A DNA stretch of 64,000 bases from Macrostomum lignano (taxonomy: Eukaryota), in contig NIVC01000024.1 in the NCBI GenBank assembly GCA_002269645.1, forward strand, positions 744,001-808,000, read 5' to 3'. The translations under genes and the position numbers were made by a program. The notes below the pieces were generated by a model. That model saw only the letters and a list, made by a program, of their open reading frames with translations. It did no database searches and was not told where the DNA came from. How positions within the stretch are numbered: the stretch's first letter is position 1; the number at the start of each line of letters is the position of its first letter. This document shows positions 1 to 10,741 of this stretch, piece by piece.

Positions 1-135
1 TCATTTAAAAAGCAGCTCTTAGTTCTTGGTTTTTGATAAATTTGATATTTTATCTTAGTTATTCAAACGAACAGGGACATAGGGAGTACAATTGAGCCAC
101 GATCTGCTCTTTAGTGCGTTTTTATTCCTTTCGAA

Positions 136-852
136 TCAGACCAGGCGGAACTTCACCCAGTCGGCGCTCGTCTCGATCTCCGCCTCCACCTGAGCGTCGG
201 TGAACAGCAGCAGGCGGCAGGCTCTCAGCTTGCTGTTGTACAGCACGTGTCTGCAGCTGCCGTCACTCATAGCGGCTGCAACGCACTCAACAGCGCTGCT
301 CACATTCGGCACATCGGTGAAGCAGTACTCAGTGTTGTAGGTGGCTCTCTTGAACGACACCTTCTTCCAATTGGCGAGCTTCCGGTAAGCAGAGGGGTCC
401 TTGTACTCGCAAGCGTATCCAAAGTTACGCTTGCAGTTGGCGTCTCTGAGTTTTCCGAGTTCGTTCATCCGAATGCAGTTTTCATCAGCACCTCCTGATG
501 GTTCACTTGTGTAAAACAGACCCTCAGGACTGGCGATGCCGTTCCCGTTGACCCTCTGCCAGCCGTCTCTCTTGTTGCCTCTTTCATCGACCAGGTCGCT
601 CAATCCGAGCCACAGCTGGCAGCCGCAGGATGAGCTGATGCCGCTGCGATTCAGTGCCAGGATGGAGCTGTGCGAGTTGAGCAGCTCGCCTCCGATCGAT
701 GCGCACTGCCGATTGGCTGAGCACCAGCTGTGGCTGTGAGCTGTGCTCACGAACAGGCACAGACCGGCCTGCATGGTGAACGGTGCGGGACACAGCAGGG
801 CCTGCGACTGCAGCAGCTGGCAGCTCAGCAGCAGCAGCAGCAGCGCATGCAT
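136..852 (-). CDS. Secreted C-type lectin domain + C-terminal PAN/apple-like domain protein (paralog 1), 238 aa
   Basis: Within ORF 136..942. Likely start MHALLLLLLSCQLLQSQA (signal peptide) at 852, just after a ttttag acceptor. CTLD hallmarks: CP..F....LC, WCSANRQCASIGGEL, LWLGLSD, EPSGGADENC, LRDANC, ACE. Cys-spaced C-terminal module (ECVAAA...SCRHVLYNSKLRACRL) resembles PAN/apple. Confidence 0.85.
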   Translation of the reverse strand: MHALLLLLLSCQLLQSQALLCPAPFTMQAGLCLFVSTAHSHSWCSANRQCASIGGELLNSHSSILALNRSGISSSCGCQLWLGLSDLVDERGNKRDGWQRVNGNGIASPEGLFYTSEPSGGADENCIRMNELGKLRDANCKRNFGYACEYKDPSAYRKLANWKKVSFKRATYNTEYCFTDVPNVSSAVECVAAAMSDGSCRHVLYNSKLRACRLLLFTDAQVEAEIETSADWVKFRLV

Positions 853-1799
853 TTGGCGATGCTCTCTGAACCTAAAAAGCGTAAATTTCAGGCCACGAGA
901 ATTCGTAGGAATGCTCATTATTTCTATATGATTTAATGGCATTTTGATTCTTGCCTTTTTGTTGTTGTTCGATTCTTTGCTGCAAAAATTTGATTCCGCC
1001 TGCAGTCACTTGTCGCTTTCTTCTACTGTTGGGTGTCTCGATCTGACTGTCTCAATGTCTGTGAAAATCCCTTGACGATGCAGATACAATCCTATCTCCT
1101 CTCTTATTCCATTTTCTTCTTCATTTTGCAATGTCGATTTTGGGGAACAGTTTTATTTCCAAATTTGTGTAGGAAGACGCCACATCCGGGGTTTATTGAC
1201 AGTCGTGAGCTGGCAAGAGTTGCATTTGCTGTGTCCATTATCCGCTGTGGAAGGGTAAACTTTACCAAAACTTTTGGCCACGTGATGCATCCAAGACTGA
1301 ACTTGGTATGGTTGGCTTTGAGACTTCAATTAGCAGCAATATCCCTTTTTTGACTTTCTTGTCCAGCAGTTCTTTTGCTATTGTGCCGGGCACTCTTGCA
1401 GTGCGAGCGCACCGCGTCCTCTGATGCGTTTGAGTCATACCCATGTGGATTGCGGAACCTTCCTTTCTAATTTCTCTCAAGCTCGCAGTAAATCGAACAT
1501 TATTGGCGTTTTTACCTCTTATATTGCATCGGTTTTTGCGAGCCTGTGAGAGTGCAAGGAGGGGGGCTGTTTGGGTGTTGGCTGTGTGGTGGAGTGGTGG
1601 GTCCGTTGTTCACGCCGTGTGCCTATTTAGGCCGCCACCGTTGTGGCTACTGGGGGTTGGCTCGGCCTACTAATGGCAATAAGCAAGAGCTGACAAATTG
1701 CCTGAACCGTTGCATTGCCAAGTAGCTCGAGCGGCAGGCTTTGGAGCAGGACAGAAGCTCATCCCGTCATACTCAAGATGACAAGAAGGGCACCACCAA

Positions 1800-4700
1800 C
1801 GAATGCTTGCAGAAGGGGAGACAAGGAAGTCTGTCGTTGGACTGACAAGGCCTGTGCGGTTAGGGCACGTCAGTCCAGAGTCGCTGTCGTTTGACTTTAA
1901 CGATAAACGTTTGGTTCAACTTTATCGACGTACTTGGGGGCACAGGACTCGAAGTCCTCCGCCGGGTCACCATGTGCCCCCACGGAGGAACTTCCCTAAA
2001 GGGGCCCGAGTTCAACGGAATTGTCAAGCGACCTTGTCTTTGTGGTTTGACGGGAAGAGCTGGCTGGGACCGAGATACCAAAGGACCGAGTCAGGTTCGT
2101 GCTCGATGGTGTAAAGAACAGCTTCAGAAGCACACGGCACATTCAAAGAGATGGATTTTAAGAAGCACACGGCAAATCACAGATCGCTACTGTTCTGTGC
2201 AGATTCTGTGCACCTGTATGCTCTTTTGGGCTTCGGCTTCCGTTTTGTACTGTCATGAGCTGAGTCAAACTGTGCGTTTTATGATGTTGAAACATGGTTT
2301 CTACGCCATAGAGACCTACATGGATGACTTCGTCTTTTGTGGAGATCTGGAGAGTGCTGCTGGAAGTTCTACAATCATCTCATCGATCTGCTGGAGCGGC
2401 TGGTATTCACTGAATCGTAGCAAGTGTTGTTCCACCGACAACGCGGATGACCTTTCTGGGAATTTTATTCGATAGCGTGGCTGGCGGTCAGATGTCTTCC
2501 TGTCGACAAGGTCCAAAGTTTTTTGCACGTTTTATCTCTCTGCTCTTCGAAGAAAAGGCTGTCAAAGTCAAGTTTACAAAAGCTGATTGGCATGTTAAAC
2601 TGGGCGTCGCAAGTTGTTCGGCACGGGAGAGTTTTCCTCCGACCTCTAATCGACATTTTCGACAAACTGAATCGGCCTCATGACAGGATTCTTGTTGGCC
2701 CCTCCGTGGTGCACCACCTCTCCTGGTGGCGTTTGGCTTTGCAGCATTGCATCGGTATTGGTCTGTAGACTTCGCGGAGGGCTTGTGTTACCATGGAGAC
2801 CGACTCGTCGTCTTCAGGTGCTGCGGCTGTGCTCTGTGACGTTGATAGAATTCGCGATTGGTGCTTCATTGTCTGGCAGACTGGCGCGAATGGTGTTTAT
2901 CAGCATTACTGCATCAATTTCAAGGAGGCTGTGGTTATCTTGCCGGCTGTTTTGAGATCGGGCCAATCCTTGGCCGGGGGTCAGGTGCGACAATGATAGG
3001 GCGTGTTGGATTCTGAGACGAGGCGTCTCCAAGGACTCGCGGCTTATGTGGTTGCTGTAGTTTGTTGCGTTGCTCTGTCCGTGTTTTGACGTTAAATTTT
3101 TACGGTGTTTCCCGTTCCAGGGTGTCTATCAGCTGTTTGCCGATGCTGCTAATGAGTTGCTCATTTTTTTCAGTTTTTATGTCTCTGTGCAAATTTTCCC
3201 TGCAGAATTTTCGGATCACCCTCGGCACCGCCGCCTCCGGCCTCCTCGCCGCAGCAGACCGTACGCACCGCAGTCGCGTAGGGCCGATCTCAGCGGCCGT
3301 CCGGTCCTGGCGCAGTTACTGCAGCGAGAACGGGACCAACCCGGTTCGATCCGACTGGTCGGTGCTTACCCAACTACCTGGCTCACCTGGTTGAATGCCG
3401 CCTGAGATCGTTTAACAGTCAGCGTGTCCACGTCAGTGCACTGTCCAGCTAAGTCAAAGCCTGTGGTGCTGAGGACCTAACAAAACAGAATGGGCCAGCG
3501 GCCAAGACGGAATCTGCAGATGTCTGTGAGGATCCAGCTTAATTTGAGCAGTAACCTGGTAGAGTCTGCTGGCTTGTGAGCCTGATTGCTAGGTGGGGGG
3601 TGTTTCGGCGGTCCAGTCTCCGCTTTATCGATCTCCATCTCAGCCTTTCAACGCCACTTTCGGTTGTGCTCTCCGTCAGTTATGGCAAGACGAACCAGTT
3701 TGTCGCGATGCTGCAGCGAGTGTTGCTTCCAAGGCTAAAAGTCGGACACCCGCTTTGCCCGGTGGCCGTGCTAGAGAATCACCTCTGCATCAGCAAGCTT
3801 GGCGACAGGCAGCCTGTTTTCTCCTACCAGTTGGCGAGCGGATCCTACCTGCGATGGGAGCTGGCAAATGGACCACCTGGTCAGGCCTTGTGCCTCAGTA
3901 GCTGCATCCAAAAAAGGGCCACCTGGAAGGCATGAGCCCCAGAAGTTGGTACCCCGCCATGGCGAAACTGACCTGGCCCGATGGGTATAGGTTACGCCTG
4001 TGGTTGGTCTCTGAGGAGATCGAAGCAGGTCCACAAGGTGGGTTGGCGGTGCCAAGCCTTGCAAATCATAAACAGCTTCGCAGTCAGGACCCCCAACATT
4101 TTCGCCTTTGAACCCCGCCGTATGGGTCTGCCATCTTTGTGAGGCAACCCATAGGAATTCAATGTTGAGATGGCCCCAGCTAGCATACGCTTCTGACCTA
4201 CCCCTATTACGCTCTCGTATCATCGGTAGATCGGTAGGTCCACGCCGCATGGCACCCCGTTTAACAACAACAATATTATAACGCTTGGATGACTACTGAA
4301 TTCTTGAGAGACTGGCTGAGGATGTCCAGCAGTTGATTTTTGCCCAGTGTCGAAGCTTGATCAGCGAAACCAGAGAAATTCGCAACAGGGTGTCCATAGT
4401 CACCTGGTGCCACCTGCTGAAGGTCCAGAAGCTCCGACCAACGAAGCCAGAGCTGATGCAGGCACGTAGCTTATATGGTCAACGTGCTGATAAAATTTGG
4501 AGGCTTGGCAAGGCTGCACTGAGGCCACGCAGTACTGATTGGCGCACAGGGGTGTACTGAATACACTGGCGCCTATGGGAGAAACCCGACCTTCTGGCAG
4601 AATCGTTGAATATCTCGACGGTGCATGGGTTTGCGACTTGATTCTTGCTTTAGGTGTGTGTGTGCCGGCGCAGTCTCTCTTGCTAGTTCTACTGTTTATT
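1800..4700 (+). mobile_element. Decayed tyrosine-recombinase retrotransposon (DIRS/Ngaro-like); boundaries approximate
   Basis: Frameshifted pieces in DIRS order: RT with YMDD at 2317-2328, TFLGILFDS and KLIGMLNWASQVV; RNase H (ETDSSSSG...INFKEAVVI, 2793-2996); recombinase-like remnants (YGKTNQF, HPLCPV, 3576-3935). Many stops and frameshifts; termini not identified. Confidence 0.75.
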
Positions 4701-5287
4701 AGTTGCAACAATAAACGATGGAAGAACGTCGACCGATCTGGGGGCGCCTTTCGTTGCTGCGCCTCACTCGACTGTCTTTGCCTCTTCATTGCTAAATCTT
4801 TGCTACATGTATATCTATATATAATCGTTTTAACAATTTTTATGCGATGCTTTTAAGATGCGATGCGTTTTACTTGGAGTTGGCTGGTTTGCCTCACCGC
4901 TTTCTCCCTGAGCTGTGCCCCCTTACGTGCTAAATTGCAGCTCGTTACCGTAGCATTATGGATTCGAAAAAATCTATAAACCAGATCGTAACTACTAGCA
5001 AAGCAAGTCTGGGCAACTTGCAAATTTTATTTCTAGGCTATGATTATTGTTCCTAGCAAAAATGAATTTATCAACGCTAAAAAATATGCATTTTTGGAAT
5101 GCCATTGTGTATTTAGATGTTCGAAATTTACTCAATTGCTTCTCAGGTTTTGCAGAAATAGTTTATAAAGCTCAGATTCCATTCAAAGCGAATTCCTTCT
5201 GGATAAAAATTGCGACAACAGAGTTAGAAACTTGAGCGTAACTTTTCTTTCATTTTCTTAAAATCTGTGTTATTCTTTCCATTCGAA

Positions 5288-6004
5288 TCAGACCAGGCGG
5301 AACTTCACCCAGTCGGCGCTCGTCTCGATCTCCGCCTCCACCTGAGCGTCGGTGAACAGCAGCAGGCGGCAGGCTCTCAGCTTGCTGTTGTACAGCACGT
5401 GTCTGCAGCTGCCGTCAATCATAGCGGCTGCAATGCACCTCATGGCGCTGCTCACATTCGGCACATCGGTGAAGCAGTACTCGGTGTTGTAGGTGGCTCT
5501 CTTGAACGACACCTTCTTCCAATTGGCGAGCTTCCGGTAAGCAGAGGGGCTCTTGTACTCGCAAGCGAATCCATAGTTATGGCTGCAGTTGGCGTCTCTG
5601 AGCAGCCCCAGATGGTCCATTCGAATGCAGTTTTCGTCATATCCTGACGGCTCGTATTCGGAAAACAGATCAAAGGGAGGGTCAGCGAAGCCGTTTCCGT
5701 TGACCCTCTGCCAGCCGTCTCTCTTGTTGCCTCTTTCATCGGCCAGGTCGCTCAGTCCGAGCCACAGCTCGCAGCTGCAGGATGAGCTGATGCCGCTGCG
5801 ATTCAGTGCCAGGATGGAGCTGTGCGAGTTGAGCAGCTCGCCTCCGATCGATGCGCACTGCCGATTGGCTGAGCACCAGCTGTGGCTGTGAGCTGTGCTC
5901 ACGAACAGGCACAGACCGGCCTGCATGGTGAACGGTGCGGGACACGGCAGGGCCTGCGACTGCAGCAGCTGGCAGCTCATCAGCAGCAGCAGCAGCGCAA
6001 GCAT
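5288..6004 (-). CDS. Secreted C-type lectin + PAN/apple-like protein (paralog 2), 238 aa
   Basis: Within ORF 5288..6085; start MLALLLLLMSCQ at 6004. Highly similar to paralog 1 and the same length; the EPSGYDENC loop differs. Confidence 0.85.
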   Translation of the reverse strand: MLALLLLLMSCQLLQSQALPCPAPFTMQAGLCLFVSTAHSHSWCSANRQCASIGGELLNSHSSILALNRSGISSSCSCELWLGLSDLADERGNKRDGWQRVNGNGFADPPFDLFSEYEPSGYDENCIRMDHLGLLRDANCSHNYGFACEYKSPSAYRKLANWKKVSFKRATYNTEYCFTDVPNVSSAMRCIAAAMIDGSCRHVLYNSKLRACRLLLFTDAQVEAEIETSADWVKFRLV

Positions 6005-7689
6005 TTGGCGATGCTTTGAGTCTAAAATAATTGTTTCTGCAATATTATCTTCATATATAGAACTGACGGTATCACTGCAGAGCACATTAACAGGATAAGC
6101 ATTGAATTTGATAGCACTGAATCAGCAATTTCAAACTGCAGAATTTCTAACCAAGTAAGCGTGATTTTTTCGAGAAAAATTTTGTGAAATCATCTTGGAG
6201 AGCGGCAACCCCCAGCAACTTTACGACTGACAAAGGGGTATTTTTATATTCACCTACATGTACGTTCGGCCAACGTATGTGGATTATGTTGTTATAGATA
6301 ACCCTCTTGCCAGTCGGAGGGAGAGAGGATGAGATATTGATAAATGCAAAAAACTCCTCAAAATTACGAGTGCAGAGTCCTTAGACAGTTGTTTATGATT
6401 ACGCTTTAAACTGAAAATCATGTATCTCATTACTCTTACCTTCTCTGTTGTTCGTTGCTTTCCTGTCCGTAAGTCGCTAGCGATTCCACTGCAGTGATGT
6501 CTGGTAAATTCAGGTGACGATGCTTTCTGCTTCTCTCGACTTTGCTGCATTCATTTTATTTCGATATTTTGGATGGCAACGCTGGAAAACTATCTTAATT
6601 GCTCTGGAACTGAGCTCTGGAAGAGAGTTGCGTGTGCAATGTCATAACCCGCTGTTAATACCAGGTAGGTTTGATTTTACATTTATTTGACTACCTAATG
6701 CATCCAAGCATGAAGTTTCATTTTTATTGACTTTTTTTAAAGCCGATCAAGTCTATCGCAGTTTCAGGTCGACGCCAGAGTCCACAGCAGCGTTTAAACT
6801 CTAGCATATTGACGGTCAACACACATCCGTCAGTGGGCTCTGTTAGTCTACAATGCCATTTGGATTGGCAATGCGTCCATTCTACTCGTAGTGGGCTGAA
6901 AATCCTGCAGCTCAAGTAAATTTCTCTGGCTATTAAATCAAATCAACAACTCTTCCAATTCGAAACACTGTCTCCATCCTTGTCTCTATCACTCTCCGAT
7001 CTCTCCTCTCCGCTCTCCTCTCCTTCCCGTAGCCTGCGTGGTAAAGGCTCTCACGAACGGACCGTGTTTTCTAAACTGTCTGTGGTGAAGAGACCTGATG
7101 GCTCGGTCCTTATCCGCGACCGAGAGAAGTTTCTTATCTGAATGTCATCTTTGAGGCCTTTGGCAGAGCACTGGATTCCAAAGCCACTCACCCTCACCTT
7201 GTCCGGTGGATGATGTTCATGGCCCGGAACCGCACTGTCATGGCCCACCTGAACGGTCTCTGGAACATGGTCATGGATGAGTTGCTTTGCAGCGACCTTC
7301 ATGATCTCATTCTCAAGTTGGGCTAGCGGCCTGAGGGTCAAGAGTAACCTCGACGCTCTCTAAAAACTCCAGGGCAGGGCCTGCCAAATGACTATGGGCG
7401 CTCCACCCTCTGCTCCTTTTGAGTGCATGAATGCCTTCCTCTGTGCCCCTCCTCTAGATATTTATATCAAAGAAGAGGCGGGTGAAGAGCACCCGGCGCC
7501 TTCTGGATGTCGGGAAGGCGCTAAAAAGGTGCGGGTCTTTAAGAAACGGTCCCTTATCCCGCACTCTGACCTCTGCCTTAAGACTCTCGAGGAGTGTGGC
7601 GGGCTCAACATTCTCATGGATTCGATCCCAGCCGCCCTTCTCCTGAGCCAGCTCCTGTTCGGCAGAGCTGCGCCGAAGGCAGCTCAGCG

Positions 7690-8400
7690 GTCGGAAATTT
7701 ATTTTTCACTCTGACAGCCAAGCAGCCCTTCGGGCCCTCTGCCGCAGCACCACCAACCCAAAATCTGTCCTGGACTACAATGCCCAGTTCAATGGGCTGG
7801 CGCTTGGCAATCAGATGGGGCTCAGATGGATCCCGGGTCATGCTGGTTTCCTCGGCAACGAGCGGGCTGACCTGCTGGCCAAGGCTGGCTCCGCCGGCGC
7901 GCTGCTGGGGCCGGGGCCCAGGGCCCCCATCCCCGCCTCGGTGATCAACTCTCGCGTTAAGCGCTGGGATGTCTGCTGCCGGGATGTCCCTCCCCCCTCC
8001 TGCGCAGAGCCCTCCTTAGGCTTGACCGCAGGGACCTCAGAGCAGTTAGCATTTCCCTCTCAGGGCATGGCTGTTTCTCTCGCCACCGCTTCCTTCAGGG
8101 CCAGGTACCTGAGGACTGGTGCCCCTTCTGCCGCTCAGGCAATGAAACGCTCAGGCACTTTATCTGCTCACTCACCTCGGCCCAAAACCCCGGTTCTCCC
8201 CGACGTTTGCAGGCCCGAAAGCATTCCATTGCTCGCCCGGTACCTCGGGGACACGGGACGAGCTGAGATCTCCCCATCGCCGGTGTGGAGGACCGCGCTG
8301 CAGGCGAGGCCGTCGGGTTCCCCTGAGCGACATCGCTTCGATGGAAGTCATTGGTCGCCAGGGGCCAGCGGAATAGGGGTTTCAATCAGTGCCTATTAGT
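7690..8400 (+). mobile_element. Truncated, frameshifted 3' fragment of a non-LTR retrotransposon ORF2 (RNase H + CCHC knuckle)
   Basis: FHSDSQAALRAL (~7703-7738), WIPGHAGFLGNERADLLAKAG (~7827-7890) and CPFCRSGNETLRHFIC (~8120-8167), in different frames. Confidence 0.75.
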
Positions 8401-8539
8401 GTTACGAATTGCTGTCTAAATCTATTAGTGTCAAGTGAACTGCGGGAAATCGTATCATTTGAATCAATGAGTAAAATAATCAGTACTCATTCTCAAACCT
8501 TATGTGCGATCGCATTCAACACATTCTTTGTTTAATTAT

Positions 8540-8960
8540 GCTTCATCCTCTTTGATTCTTGCATGATATCACCAGAGGCTGCAACTATTGGAGAAAGTCT
8601 GGTAGAACTGCCTACCCGACAATAGGCAAAAAGCTCCAAGTCGTACTGCTCCAAGTACGCTTGTAGGTTTTTCTTGAGTTATTTTTCTATTTGCAAAGTC
8701 TCTCTTCTGCCTCCAATAACCACACTAAACTATCGCACCTGTTGATTGTTAGTTTTACACAAGCATTTCTCGTCTAGCTGCTAGCGTTTCTCATCTGCAA
8801 TGCTTAGCCTTGTTCAAATAAGGAGCAGCTGCAATCGAGGAGCAATAAGTATATATCTAGACTGTGCATGAGGGGAGCAAAATGTATTAGCCACTTTTTG
8901 AATAGGAAAAATGTCAGCCCCACTCTAACCATTAAGCTGTCTCACATAGGCATAGGTATT
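8540..8960 (-). mobile_element. Degenerate pogo/Tigger-like (DDE_1) transposase fragment
   Basis: Minus-strand translation gives NG*, FKKWLIHF...YLLLLDCSCS and FLP...LQPL, matching the order NGW / F..WL.HF / LLLLDGHSSH / LP..LQPLD of pogo-type transposases; internal stops. Confidence 0.5.
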
Positions 8961-9353
8961 CGGGCTGTAGCAGTGCAAAGTGGGAGTTGAACTCCTCTTG
9001 GTAAGTATTGCTTGGCAAAATGCTGCCCGGCAGTGAATCGAAGGTATAAAAAACAGTCCGAGATGTATAGCAGCTTCATTCAAAATACATTTGGCCCTTT
9101 TCTCTCGAATCACATCTTTCATGGTCAAATCATAGAAAGAACATTCCTGACTGAAGCATCGCTGCGTTGTTTGAGCAGCCTCTTAAGCACTCGTAAATGA
9201 TTGACCTTAGCCTACAAACAATAAATTAAGAAGATCAGGCACTGCTCCACTACTAACTCAGGTATCAATTGTTGATCAATTTGCTTTTTAAGATTTCCTG
9301 TGTCCTTCATTGCTGAGATCAGCCATCAGTACTCAGAAGTGACTCATGACTGC

Positions 9354-9865
9354 TCAGTGCAAGCCGAACTTGACCCAGTCGGCGCTCGTCTCGATCTGTG
9401 CCTCCACCTGAGCGTCGGTGAACAGCAGCAGGCGGCAGGCTCTCAGCTTGCTGTTGTACAGCACGTGTCTGCAGCTGGCCGCACGCATGCCGGCTGCCAC
9501 GCAGTGCATTGCGTTCTTCACCTGCAGCAGGTCAGCGTGGCAGAACTCGGAGCTGGGGTTGTAGCTGGTGCGCTTGAACGGAGTCCGCAGCCACAGTTGG
9601 CCTGACGGAGACCTCAGTGCTGCTTTATCGACAAACTCGCAGACTAACCCAGCCAGATTCAGAACTTGAAGAAGACAACACAGCAACGCAGTCTTGGTTG
9701 CCGTCTTGGTTATCAGGCCGATTCTCTGTGCTCAAGAACACGGCTTTTGCCAAACTCGATGCTGAATGGGCTGGGGCAGGACTGGGTCCGCACCAACAGC
9801 AACTCACAACTGCTCAAGCAGCCCAGAAGCAGCAATAGAGTTTGTGAATGGGGAGTCAGTTCCAT
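9354..9865 (-). pseudogene. C-type lectin + PAN paralog 3, internally deleted and frameshifted
   Basis: Signal peptide and CPSPFSIEFGK in one frame, AVFLSTENR...GNQDC in a second, intact C-terminal module (RTPFKRTSYNPSSEFC...TSADWVKFGLH) in a third. Most of the CTLD core is absent. Confidence 0.75.
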
Positions 9866-10741
9866 CGCTTCTACTGCAGACGAAGTTTTGAGGTGCCTGT
9901 GTGACGGAGGACACTTTCCTGCCATTTTGTTCTGCGACGTAAGAATGCTGTCTGAATATTTGTAAACTTGCTAATTTTGTTAATTTGTGTAAAATCGTCT
10001 TTGTATAAAACTTGAATATAAAAATGCCCCAAAATAATTAAATTTAGATGCGTAAAAGTATTATGCAGAAATAAGCCTTGTGTCAAATTGGATCACGTTA
10101 AATTGCGTTTGCACCTAATTAGCTGCGTTCATAGAAAACTGAGTTTACGCTCGTACATTCCTATAGAATAGAGACTGTCTGCGCGAAAGCGGTTTGTCTA
10201 ATTAAGCCATTATTAATTGCCTAAAACAGAGAGTCTGCTCGTATAATAAAATTTTATGTCACGCAGCCATTTTTTGAGCCTGGTTTCATATACTACTGAG
10301 TTTCATATGCTACTGACATGACGGTTCTTTATGTTTTAAGACGGTTTATGATTCTTTAATGTTTTAGATTGGGTGATCATACATGTAAGGTTAATAAGTC
10401 TAAACTTTATTGGAGACGATACTGGCTCACTGAGAAATTAATTACACCATAATCGATTTTATTTGAGAATTGAAGATCGAGCAATTTAGAATTGATAATC
10501 GCGCAGATTGCTAGTCAGTAATTACTTACTCACTCACTTTAGTAAGTGTAGTCTGAGTCAGTACACTTACTAAAGTAGATTTTATGAGTATTAGTTGATA
10601 TTCTATAACAGCCAATGTAAAAAATAGTAATGCAAAGAGTTCGAGCATTCAAAGAAGGACCTTCAGACTTTCTTGGCTGCGAACTCCTTCGTTGCCCAGA
10701 AGATGTCCCACGGCCACGACTTAAAGTCTTAAGACTTAAGA

